Origin: Epithemia pelagica
Taxonomy: Eukaryota; Protista; Bacillariophyta
Reading direction: 5' to 3'
NCBI GenBank assembly: GCA_946965045.2
Contig: OX337239.1
Span: 1,612,001 to 1,676,000 of the forward strand
DNA length: 64,000 nt
Shown here: positions 22,279 through 31,858 of the stretch, piece after piece
How the letters are laid out: every line of letters begins with the position of its first letter
Numbering within the stretch: the first letter of the stretch is position 1
Notes under the pieces: model-generated
Told to the model about the DNA's origin: nothing
Databases searched by the model: none
Seen by the model: the letters and a program-made list of their open reading frames with translations, nothing else
Translations under genes and position numbers: made by a program

Positions 22279-23577
22279 TTATTCTTGTTTCGGTCGTTCC
22301 ATATCTTTGGGGGAAGCATGACGAGCCTCCGAGCCTTGTCGTTTGTGTGGGTCTGTTGGCTTGCCTTGAGTTGGTTGTTGTTGTTGTTGTTGCGCCAAAA
22401 TGGCGAGATACAAGCCGGTAAAGACGGTTCCAATGGCCATCCATTGCACGGGGGTAAATCTATGTCCAAAGGTTTGCACCGACACGAGAATGGTGACAAA
22501 TTTTCGAGTCGTGGTAATGGTCGTGGTGACAATGGAATTGTACCACACCACGGTCAAAAAGATAAAGATTTGACCACAGGCCACGGCTCCATTAATCAGG
22601 ACCAATTTGTACCACTGCGGTGGAGTAGGATTGGTGTTGTCATTCTCATCCTTCGACGACGACAAGGACCAACCACATTGAAACCATCCCTGTTGCAATT
22701 GACCATTGAACCAAGTCCAGGGAAGAAGGAACAGGAGGGCATAGAGGTTGACATACAACATGGTTTCGACAGCGTTGGGAGTTCGTTTCAATGGGTTGTT
22801 CTTTAGCAAGTTTTGACAAGAACTCAACACGCCATCCAAGACCAGAGACACGAGGAGTAAAGACAGACCATAAACTTGATCCGTACTGGTTGTGGATGTG
22901 GTGGAGGAAGGATGCACGGTCATGCGACTCCATTGAAAGGCGACAATGCCCGCGGAGATCAACAAGGCGGCCATCCATTGGGTGCGCGAATACAACTTGT
23001 GTTCGATAAACTGTCCCACCAGCATGAGGGGAATGAGTTTGCAGGATTTTCCCAAGACTGCCACTGGATAGGACACGTAGGGTACAGCTTCGTTGCTACA
23101 AACCATGGCACCGACATAACATCCCGCCGTGACAATCAACAAGCCATGATCCAAACCTTGCTTTGCGGTTGTTATTGTTGTTGTTGTTGTTGTTGTTGTC
23201 GTTGAGGAGGACGACGACGAATTGTTGGAGGATGATTTGTTGTTGTTGCTGCTGCTATTCGTGGAAATGGCATTCCACAAGAGGGCAACCAGTGTATTGG
23301 TGATACAGGATGTGACCAAGACAAAGGAGGCACCCAATCGTTCGGATGGATCGGTAAAGAGTCGTTCTTGCAAAATGCCATAGTAGACATAGCTGATACA
23401 AATTCCGGCTGCGCAAAACAAGAGACGACCCCACGACGACCAGCAGGATACAAGCCATGTCGTTATTGAATCCACCAAAGTGGAAGAGGAAGGTTTGGTG
23501 GTCGGAACCTTGGACCACGACGACGACGACATGGACCGTTGGGAAGGAGATTTGGGTGGGGACGACGACTCACACAT
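22279..23577 (-). CDS. SLC35B1: UAA-family nucleotide-sugar/ATP transporter, SLC35B1/HUT1/UTR1-like
   Basis: YYGILQE, VSYPVAVLGKSCKLIP, LVLDG, GQIFIF, TTITTTRKFVTILVS and FGH..QW, with about 10 hydrophobic segments. Confidence 0.88.
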   Translation of the reverse strand: MCESSSPPKSPSQRSMSSSSWSKVPTTKPSSSTLVDSITTWLVSCWSSWGRLLFCAAGICISYVYYGILQERLFTDPSERLGASFVLVTSCITNTLVALLWNAISTNSSSNNNKSSSNNSSSSSSTTTTTTTTTITTAKQGLDHGLLIVTAGCYVGAMVCSNEAVPYVSYPVAVLGKSCKLIPLMLVGQFIEHKLYSRTQWMAALLISAGIVAFQWSRMTVHPSSTTSTTSTDQVYGLSLLLVSLVLDGVLSSCQNLLKNNPLKRTPNAVETMLYVNLYALLFLLPWTWFNGQLQQGWFQCGWSLSSSKDENDNTNPTPPQWYKLVLINGAVACGQIFIFLTVVWYNSIVTTTITTTRKFVTILVSVQTFGHRFTPVQWMAIGTVFTGLYLAILAQQQQQQPTQGKPTDPHKRQGSEARHASPKDMERPKQE

Positions 23578-23792
23578 GTGTGGAGGTATTGGTGGGTCAC
23601 TTTAATTCGTGGTGGCAGTGGACTTTAAAAGAACACAATGGCAACAATGATTCGAACCGAGAGAATCTGTTTTGTTTCTCAACTTATGTGTTGTGTACGT
23701 CGGTCGGAGGGAAGACTCAATCCCATGGTGGTCGAATTTCTGACGTCCGATGCGTGAGAATCTCGCACCTCCTGTTTGGTCGCGTTTGTATT

Positions 23793-23800
23793 CCACGTGT
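23793..23800. promoter_or_regulatory. CCACGTG(T) motif about 216 bp upstream of the SLC35B1-like start
   Basis: Sequence seen directly. A regulatory role is inferred only from its recurrence upstream of the other ER-folding genes. Confidence 0.25.
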
Positions 23801-24155
23801 CATACTGTCCTGATTCGGAACCATAAATGCGACTGACCACCTTTCCGGATAACTTCAGCGTGTTCTTTGAGTTCGGAGCAGGTGGTTGCGCCCTCCCAAA
23901 GACACACGTCCCAACCACAAGCACAAGTGCGTTCTTCCACCTTTCTTTCTTCCACTTTTTCGTCGCCAATAATGGAAAGGACGAGAGACGAGAGCGAAGA
24001 GCACAACACGAGTCTCTGGTCATAATCATCAACTGCAGAGTCGACACACACATCATCAGCCATCCCAAGCATTGAGGTCCTTGTCTTGATTGGCCCTCCT
24101 TCTCTCTCTCAGCGCAAGCATTCTTTTGAACGAAACAAGAGAGTTTGCCACCAAA

Positions 24156-25130
24156 ATGGTTTGGCAATCCAGAGCGGCGGCGGCCGCCATGTTGGTGTGG
24201 ATGGCTTCCATGGTCCACCCGATGGTGGACGCCTGGACAATGAACCATGTTCCAGGAGGAGGACGACGACGACAGGGTCCTTATTCGGAGGATGGTTCCC
24301 GACTTGCCGCCGCAGCTAGTTTGGCCATGGACTCCCCGACCATGGTCCCTCCATCAAGTATTCGTAGTACGACTGCGAATCGTTCGACTCACAAGGAGAG
24401 GGTACCAGCCACAACCAAGTCATCCTCCACCATGAACGTATTGCCGTTGGAACCATCTCAACAAGCATCGTTGCCCGAGTCGTCGTCGTCGAGACGGTCT
24501 CTTTCCACACCCATTCATACGTTTGAAACCATGCCCGAGATGTTGACCTTTTTGCAAGACTTGCCCACTTTGCAGCAAGACGACGATCAAGAGCAGTGGT
24601 ATGTCGTCAAGTACTTTGTCTCGTATTGCAAAGTGTGTCAACGATCGGCCTTGAATTACAAAAAGATTGCCTTGGAGTATGCCGCAGCCAATGACGATAA
24701 CGACAAGGACAAGGAACCAAGTACAGTGGTTGGTCACCGCAATCGAGTGCACTTTGTGCGAGCCGATGCCACCTCGTGGACGGGAGTATCCTCCTCCTCT
24801 GAATCATCCTCCTCCTCCCAGCAACAACAAAAGTGGTTGAAACAATTGGGCATTACCAAATTTCCCTTTGTGCAAGTCTATCGGGGACGGACGGGGGCCT
24901 GTGTCGCCTCCTTTTCCACGGGTGGGACATCGTACATGTTTGCCCGACGAGTTCGTGAAACCTTGCAGGCCATTGTAACGCGCAGTCCGCAAGAATGGAA
25001 GGACTTTGAACAGAACTGCCAATCGGCCATGGACGAGAATGCGCAAGTGCGACGTCAAGTGTTGCAAGACTATTATTCGGTGCAACAACATTCACCCGAA
25101 ACAGACGAAGAACAAGAGGTTATGCCATGA
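24156..25130 (+). CDS. Thioredoxin-like protein (CKVC), probable bipartite plastid presequence
   Basis: YVVKYFVSYCKVCQ, VHFVRADA and LGITKFPFVQVY (cis-Pro loop). The N-terminal hydrophobic segment ends DA-W and is followed by a Ser/Arg-rich stretch. Confidence 0.8.
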   Translation: MVWQSRAAAAAMLVWMASMVHPMVDAWTMNHVPGGGRRRQGPYSEDGSRLAAAASLAMDSPTMVPPSSIRSTTANRSTHKERVPATTKSSSTMNVLPLEPSQQASLPESSSSRRSLSTPIHTFETMPEMLTFLQDLPTLQQDDDQEQWYVVKYFVSYCKVCQRSALNYKKIALEYAAANDDNDKDKEPSTVVGHRNRVHFVRADATSWTGVSSSSESSSSSQQQQKWLKQLGITKFPFVQVYRGRTGACVASFSTGGTSYMFARRVRETLQAIVTRSPQEWKDFEQNCQSAMDENAQVRRQVLQDYYSVQQHSPETDEEQEVMP

Positions 25131-25838
25131 ACCGCTTCTCGAAAACACATGCAACGAGCAACAGGGTACCCATTTTTGTCCATTTGCGCCACCAAGGAAT
25201 ACTCTCGCAGTGGACGCAAGGTAGCAGTGTGAATCTTGGACCAACCAACATTTGCTTCAACGCCAAGAAGTAATGTGTCGATGGAGTGCTTGCCTTGTTT
25301 TGTGCGAACCACCGAAGACAATGTCAGAGAACGACAATCAAGGGGAGTCTCATTGACCTTTATCGCCAACTACTGGGTGGTTCGCGTACAACGGCCAACG
25401 TTCGAGTTCTCACTTGAAGTCATCCTAGGAAAATATTTAGACTGACATTTCATCCCTCACGGCTCATCTTTCGTATGGTATGTTCTGCTGCTAGTCCACA
25501 GTGTGGTGTTCCAACCGGATGCGCGTCTTTCTCATTTGTATAAGTGTCTATGCAAATGAAATTCTATGCAGCGAATACAAGGAATAAAAAATGAAAAACG
25601 CCATCATGAGCCAACCAACACTATTTTCGACAATACAAGTCAACCTTCATTCATGGTGGTGAGCAAGAACCTCGACCATCGATCAAGCTTAGACTTGTTC
25701 TATCATGCCGGAACTTAGTTATACGAGCTAAATTGGAAGTTATATTAGATCTCTGGGTTTGTCCAATCCATGGTTCTCCGTGCAATAAGTACGGATCCGG
25801 TTCAGGAAGCTCGATTGGCCAAAGATGGTTCGTTGTTT

Positions 25839-25934
25839 GTTGAATCTTATTCGTGAGTTGTTCCTCAAAGACAAGGCCTCTTCAAAGCCAAAGCCGCCTT
25901 GTCTTTGAGGAACAACGAACGGATAAGATTCAAC
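25839..25934. repeat. Intergenic inverted repeat: 39-bp arms (36/39 matched) with an 18-nt loop
   Basis: GTTGAATCTTATTCGTGAGTTGTTCCTCAAAGACAAGGC (25839-25877) pairs with GCCTTGTCTTTGAGGAACAACGAACGGATAAGATTCAAC (25896-25934). Confidence 0.9.
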
Positions 25935-26643
25935 AGGTCGTCCCTGTGCCAACCAGTAGCTTTCTTCAAAGGCTTCTTTATACTATTATCTCCAGACAAG
26001 CTGATTCCTCCAAGCTTTGCTGGGACATAATCAATCGCATTTCCAGATTTCGGGGAACTCTTCTTGGTCATTGATTCCTTTGAAATACTCTAACGTTTGC
26101 AAAGTACTTCCCAGCCCTGCTCAGCGGTCGATGTTCCAGCTTCTTCAAACGATCTTTCAGAGTTCGCCGGAACAGCAAGCTTGAGGGAAACAAAATGTTT
26201 CGAAAGAACATGACTTTGATGGCATTCTTGCGTGAGTCGTTGTTGCCGTCTGTAAGGAAAGCAGTGAAGGCCTTTCGGGCTGTCTCATCTATAATATATG
26301 TTGCTGTCTGAATTTCGTTGTTGTGGACCAGGGGACAACGGAATCTTGATGACTTTTGTTGTCTTGGGTTCTACGCCAAGATCTACCAAGGAAGAAAATA
26401 CACCTGCCATTTCCATGACAGAGACTGAGAATGTACCAGAGGAAAGCATCCTGGAGGACGATGTCCAAGACGATCACGACGCCGTCGCGAGTGAGTGACT
26501 GAGGAACTTCCCAATGGCTCGGGTCGATGGCCCTGCTGCAGTTCTATTTTTTTAAAACATAGCGGCTTCATCATTGTTGTCGTGTCTCTTTTATTCCCGT
26601 GAGCCAACCGTAACCGTACGGGCGGGAACGGGACCTCATACCA

Positions 26644-26651
26644 CCACGTGG
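26644..26651. promoter_or_regulatory. Palindromic CCACGTGG motif upstream of the Ero1 fusion gene
   Basis: Sequence seen directly; function inferred only. Confidence 0.3.
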
Positions 26652-26735
26652 CGTTTGGAAGAAGTCAAGTACTACCAAGTGTCTACCGAGGCATGACTTT
26701 CATAAATTCAATAAAAGGTTTACTTTATATTACCG

Positions 26736-29700
26736 ATGAGTTGTGAAGTTCAAACGTGTGTGGACGCTTGGCGCGAAAACCACACCACCGATACCGATGA
26801 CTGCACACCGCACTGCACCCATCCGACACAAATCGAAGAATTCGCCCAAGCGACAACTCAACTGCCATTTCGAAACGGTTCTCTCGTGTCGAAGCACCAT
26901 CGCTCAACTGAAAAGCAAACTCGGTGGCACTCTGAGAAACTGCAAGAGAAAACCATTTGTTCCATGACACTGTCAGGCATGCCGCAAACTGCACCAAGAA
27001 CCCGCAAACGACAACGACGACGACATGTTGCCAGGAGACCAACGTCTTGTCGGTCAGGGTGTTTGTCGTCGTCCTCCTCCTCCTTTTCGGCTGTCCTCTT
27101 GTTGGTGCTGGTACTCGTGTGCACGATCCTGCTCACAGACTCTCCGGTTGTCCATGCCCAACCACAACCACAACGACGACCCTTGGAATCTTCCTCCTCT
27201 TCGGTGTCTCCTGCAGCGGGTCCGATTGATGAATTGATTGTCACGTGCAATATGGAAGATTTGGAACAAGCCAATGATTCTCAATTGTATACCATTTTGC
27301 ACGATTTGAAACAAACGGCCTTTTTTCGAACCTTTCGAGTCGACTTGTCGCACAAGTGTCCCCTTCGATCGTGGAGTACTAGTAGTAGTACTGACAAGGA
27401 AGCTTTCCAGGAAACGAACGACGACGACGACCAGGGTGACAAGGACGACGACGAAGAAGAGGAATTTGATTGCCCCAGCAATGCCTTTGCCGACTTGGAC
27501 GAGGAAGCCGAACCCTTGTGTACAGTCCAACCAGAAGAGGAACAGGACGACGAGGATCCAGCCTCGTTCTTGTCGTCTCATGCGCTCTTTACTCTTTCGC
27601 AAGATGGGTTTCAGTCCAAGGAACAACAACAAACTTATACCTGGGATCGACATGTCGATACCGTCACCACAGCAGCGTCCTCGCAAACACAACCTGGAGA
27701 GGACGACAGGACCACGGACAAGACAGAGTCTGGTCCATGGACCGACCCACAAACCACATCCACCACCACATCCACTACCACTCCTTCGGATTGTGACCAA
27801 GATCCTGTCCCACATTTGTTGCCACATGATTTTTGGTTGGATTTGTGCACTCGTGTCCGCAACGACGATCCTACCGTTGTCAATTTGAATTTGAATCCGG
27901 AACGCAACACGGGATACAATGGCACTCATATTTGGACGGCCATTTACGAAGAAAATTGTTGGGCCATTGCACCCACCACGGACGACGACGACCAAACAAA
28001 GAAGAATGTGTGTTTGGAAGAGCGCGTCTTGTATCGACTCTTGTCCGGCTTGCATGCCAGTACCACCTTGAGTATTGCCCAAAATTATTATCCACCCAGC
28101 AAACGCAAGGGACGGGTCGATTGGGAACCCAATCCATCCTACTTTTATCAAAAATTCAGTCCTCATCCCGACCATGTGCGCAATTTGCATTTTTCCTACG
28201 TGGTCTTGTTACGCGCCTTGACCAAGGCCGCCTCCTATTTGTATCCCTACGAAATTCGAACCGGTGATGTCGTTCAAGATGAAATGGCGACCGTCTTGCT
28301 GCGACGATTGTTGGATTCCAGTATTTTGCAATCCTGTTCCAGTGTCTTTTCCGCCTTTGATGAATCTCTCTTGTTTGCCTCCGAACCATCTTCTGGAACT
28401 CATCATGCAAATGACTTTTCCTTGCAACACAATTTCAAGGATGTCTTTTTTAATATTTCCAGTATTTTGGATTGTGTCCAATGTCAACAATGCAAATTGC
28501 ATGGCAAATTGGCCATGTTGGGGTACGGGACGGCGCTCAAAATTTTGTTTTCCCCCACCAATGTCTTGGAGGATTTGACCCGCAATGAAATTGTCGCCTT
28601 GATTAATACCTTGGCCAAATTTTCGGAATCCATTCGACAGGTTCGGGAATTGACACACTTGTATTTACTCGAACAACAACAACAAGAACATGCCCCACAA
28701 CAAGCCTGGCAATCGACAACGACGACAAGTACAAGTACCACAGCCTCGTCGTCGTCGTCGTCGGAACCATCCGCCATTACCTCGATTGCCACAGTCGATG
28801 TTGCCATTGGTGCCATTGCGAGCTTGGCTCGACAAGGCATGATTTCCGCCGAACGAGAAGCCCAATTGGTTCAATTGGCCTTGAGACGTCATGCCGATCT
28901 TCTCGTCTTGGCACGACATTATGGAACGGCGGATGTCGCCAAATTTGGACACTTGATCCAGTTTCTGGACAGTACTGGCAGTAGTAGTACTAGTACAACC
29001 CACGAGGCATCGCCCGACGCCATTGTCATTGGAAGTGGCTTGGCGGGCATGGCAGCAACCTTGAGAATTTTGGATCGAGGGGGGAGTGTCATTTTGCTCG
29101 AGAAGGAACATTTGTTGGGTGGCAATTCCAACAAGGCCAGTTCCGGAATCAATGCGTGTTGCCCCACCAATGAAACAACAATATCTAGTAAGGATCATGA
29201 TTCGGTCGATTTGTTTCGCAACGACACGACACGATCGGCTGGATCACTGGCTCGTCCCGACTTGATTGACGTGTTGGTCCAACACTCTGCTTCGGCCGTA
29301 TCCTGGTTGCGAGATCGAGTTGGTGTCGACTTGTCGTTGTTGGCTCAATTGGGTGGTCATTCCGCTCGACGAACCCATCGTCCTAGCAATGGCATGGCCG
29401 GAGCTGAAATTATCTATGGCATGCAAAAGGCAATCAAGGCTTACATCAAGAGTGGCAAGGTTACCATTCTGACCGACTCGAAAGTTGTCTCCTTACTCAC
29501 AGAGGACGGAACGGGTGGTGGTGATCGTCCTCGTCGTCTGATTGGGGTCGAATATGTCCAACTGGATGAAACGAACAATGAGGACGACGACAAGCGCAGT
29601 ACGAAGCAATTGTATGCGAACCATGTCATTTTGGCCACGGGTGGATTTGCCGCCGATCGAAGTGCCGGATCGTACTTGTCCCAGTATCGGCCCGAATTGT

Positions 29701-30992
29701 TAAAAATGCCCACCACGGCCGGTGCCTTTTCGACGGGCGATGGGATTGCCTTGGCCACTGCCCTGGGAGCCACCCCCATTGATATGGACAAGGTTCAAGT
29801 GCATCCGACTGGGTGGATCGATCCCGCCGAGCCGGACAAGAAGAGCAAAATATTGGCGGCTGAATTGATGCGTGGAGTGGGAGGATTGCTGCTGAATGCC
29901 AGCGGCCATCGATTTTGCAATGAATTGGGCACGCGCGCCTATGTCACCAATGCCATGTTGTCCCACAATGATGACTATGCCCGAACCTCGCAATGGAATA
30001 TTGAGGCCGACATTCCCACCTTTTCTCTCGTCTTGTCGTCTTCGGCCGCCCTCGATGGGAAGAAACATGTCGATTTGTACACACACAAGGGACTCTTGAC
30101 CAAACTGGAGGGACTTAAGGCCTTGGCCAAATGGCTCAATCTACCGCAAACGGTTGTGAAAGAAACCCTGAGACGGTATCAAGAGGCAGCTCAATCGGGG
30201 GAGGACCAATACGGCAAAACCACCTTTCGAGGCGTTCCGGGAACGACTGTCAATGGGTCATCCCTACCATTGGACTCGGAAGTCTTTTATGCCGGAACTG
30301 TGACACCCGTATTGCATTATTGCATGGGTGGTATTACCATTGATACCCAAGGTCATGTCTTGGACGAATCCGGCCAGGTGATTCCTGGTCTCATGGCCGC
30401 CGGTGAAGTCACGGGAGGAGTCCATGGAGCCAATCGATTGGCGGGCAATTCCTTGTTGGAATGCACAGTCTATGGAAGTATTGTGGGACAAGGCATTCCA
30501 ATCCAATCCAGACAAGGCTCCTCATCGACCTTGGCCGCGCCAACGTTGCTCGTGTCGTCCATTGACGGGGAATCCCAACCACCCCCCACGGACCGGATCA
30601 TTTCACCCTCCGAATTGGCCCAACACAATACTCCTACCGATTGTTGGGTGGCCATTCATGGGAAGGTATACAATTTGACCAGCTTTGCCGAAGAGCATCC
30701 GGCGGGTCCAGCATCCATTCATGTATTGGCTGGTCAAGATGGATCAGAGGCCTTTGAAGCGGTGCACAACCAAGGGATTTTGGAAGAAGTCGAAGAAGAT
30801 TTGGTGGGTATCTTGGGGGAAGATGACGACGAGAACGAGACGGACACATTCAATAACGGTGAGGATTCCCCAAACGAGGAGGATTTGGCTGCGACGGGTG
30901 ACAGTGGGGAGCCGACAGTGGACAACAAGAGGCCGCAGGAGCAAGACGAACCTCCGAAACGTGGAATATTAGCCGCATTTGGATGGAAATAA
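26736..30992 (+). CDS. ERO1: Ero1 - soluble fumarate reductase (Osm1/Frd1 type) - cytochrome b5 fusion protein; likely start 26964 or 26979
   Basis: Single open frame. Signal-like segment AVLLLVLVLVCTILL..VHA. Ero1 motifs: NPERNTGY, IWTAIYEENC, CLEERVLYRLLSGLHAS, FFNISSILDCVQCQQCKLHGKL and GTALKILF. FAD_binding_2 motifs: [51 protein letters not shown] and [16 protein letters not shown]. Cytochrome b5 motifs: HNTPTDCWVAIHGKVYNLT, HPAG and AFEAVH. Confidence 0.95.
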   Translation: MSCEVQTCVDAWRENHTTDTDDCTPHCTHPTQIEEFAQATTQLPFRNGSLVSKHHRSTEKQTRWHSEKLQEKTICSMTLSGMPQTAPRTRKRQRRRHVARRPTSCRSGCLSSSSSSFSAVLLLVLVLVCTILLTDSPVVHAQPQPQRRPLESSSSSVSPAAGPIDELIVTCNMEDLEQANDSQLYTILHDLKQTAFFRTFRVDLSHKCPLRSWSTSSSTDKEAFQETNDDDDQGDKDDDEEEEFDCPSNAFADLDEEAEPLCTVQPEEEQDDEDPASFLSSHALFTLSQDGFQSKEQQQTYTWDRHVDTVTTAASSQTQPGEDDRTTDKTESGPWTDPQTTSTTTSTTTPSDCDQDPVPHLLPHDFWLDLCTRVRNDDPTVVNLNLNPERNTGYNGTHIWTAIYEENCWAIAPTTDDDDQTKKNVCLEERVLYRLLSGLHASTTLSIAQNYYPPSKRKGRVDWEPNPSYFYQKFSPHPDHVRNLHFSYVVLLRALTKAASYLYPYEIRTGDVVQDEMATVLLRRLLDSSILQSCSSVFSAFDESLLFASEPSSGTHHANDFSLQHNFKDVFFNISSILDCVQCQQCKLHGKLAMLGYGTALKILFSPTNVLEDLTRNEIVALINTLAKFSESIRQVRELTHLYLLEQQQQEHAPQQAWQSTTTTSTSTTASSSSSSEPSAITSIATVDVAIGAIASLARQGMISAEREAQLVQLALRRHADLLVLARHYGTADVAKFGHLIQFLDSTGSSSTSTTHEASPDAIVIGSGLAGMAATLRILDRGGSVILLEKEHLLGGNSNKASSGINACCPTNETTISSKDHDSVDLFRNDTTRSAGSLARPDLIDVLVQHSASAVSWLRDRVGVDLSLLAQLGGHSARRTHRPSNGMAGAEIIYGMQKAIKAYIKSGKVTILTDSKVVSLLTEDGTGGGDRPRRLIGVEYVQLDETNNEDDDKRSTKQLYANHVILATGGFAADRSAGSYLSQYRPELLKMPTTAGAFSTGDGIALATALGATPIDMDKVQVHPTGWIDPAEPDKKSKILAAELMRGVGGLLLNASGHRFCNELGTRAYVTNAMLSHNDDYARTSQWNIEADIPTFSLVLSSSAALDGKKHVDLYTHKGLLTKLEGLKALAKWLNLPQTVVKETLRRYQEAAQSGEDQYGKTTFRGVPGTTVNGSSLPLDSEVFYAGTVTPVLHYCMGGITIDTQGHVLDESGQVIPGLMAAGEVTGGVHGANRLAGNSLLECTVYGSIVGQGIPIQSRQGSSSTLAAPTLLVSSIDGESQPPPTDRIISPSELAQHNTPTDCWVAIHGKVYNLTSFAEEHPAGPASIHVLAGQDGSEAFEAVHNQGILEEVEEDLVGILGEDDDENETDTFNNGEDSPNEEDLAATGDSGEPTVDNKRPQEQDEPPKRGILAAFGWK

Positions 30993-31858
30993 CAAGAAGG
31001 ACCACTCGGTCATGGTCCAGGAACACAACGAATCAAATTTGTGACACTAACTCCCGGAGCGCCCCTTTGATTGATAGAGATTGTGAATGTGAGTTGGTGC
31101 TTCCCGCAAACCAATGTATTAGTGTTAAGAGACAAAACCGCCTTCTAGAAACTTTATCAACGAATTGCTGTTCACTGCTCCTATATACTCCTAGGAGTAC
31201 ATGAGGACCGACATGTGATGGGACGACGGTAAGGTTAGCTTTAGTCACGCTCGATGGGGGTAGATCGTCCTTCGTACGGATTGTCGATGGGTCCCGCTGC
31301 GACATCCCGAAAAGCGAACGCCATAAACCGAACGCAATGTCACAAGAAAAAGATCCGAATCCGAGAAATCCGAGGACGAGAAGCAGCCACCGCACCAACG
31401 AAAGGAAACAGGAACCAACGCGTAGACATTTGCATTATTTCATGACAAAAGTCACGAGGTATCAAAGAACAACAAGAAGCTGGTTTGGAGTGTTCTCGTT
31501 GTCATCCTTCTCCCCCTGCTTGTCGCGGACTTGGTTCCGAAGCAACAGCCACTCCTTTCCATCCACGTTCCAGAATAAACGCATTCTCCAACACCACTTC
31601 AAACATTGCCTGCCATTTCTTCCAACGGCTCTTTGGATAATCATTGCCACTCCCCACATCCGATCCAGTTGCGGCCACCAACGACACTTGCATCCATCCC
31701 TTATTTCAAGCGTCCACAACGGTGTTTCTTCTCATTCCTCATCATCATCATCGCCGCCGTCGTCGTCGTTATCATTTCCCTTGGTGAATTCTTCGTCGAC
31801 TTGTTCCGCAAGAAATCACAAAACACTCCAGAAAACCACCAGTACCAATACCGGTATC

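Noticed and set aside
25740-26610. Minus-strand coding-like fragments as a gene
   Set aside because: Multiple stops and frame changes and no recognisable family; too weak even for a named pseudogene.
28990-30500. Succinate dehydrogenase flavoprotein (SdhA) call for the reductase domain
   Set aside because: It lacks the covalent-FAD His motif and the SdhA C-terminal domain. Its motifs match the soluble Osm1/Frd1/flavocytochrome c family.
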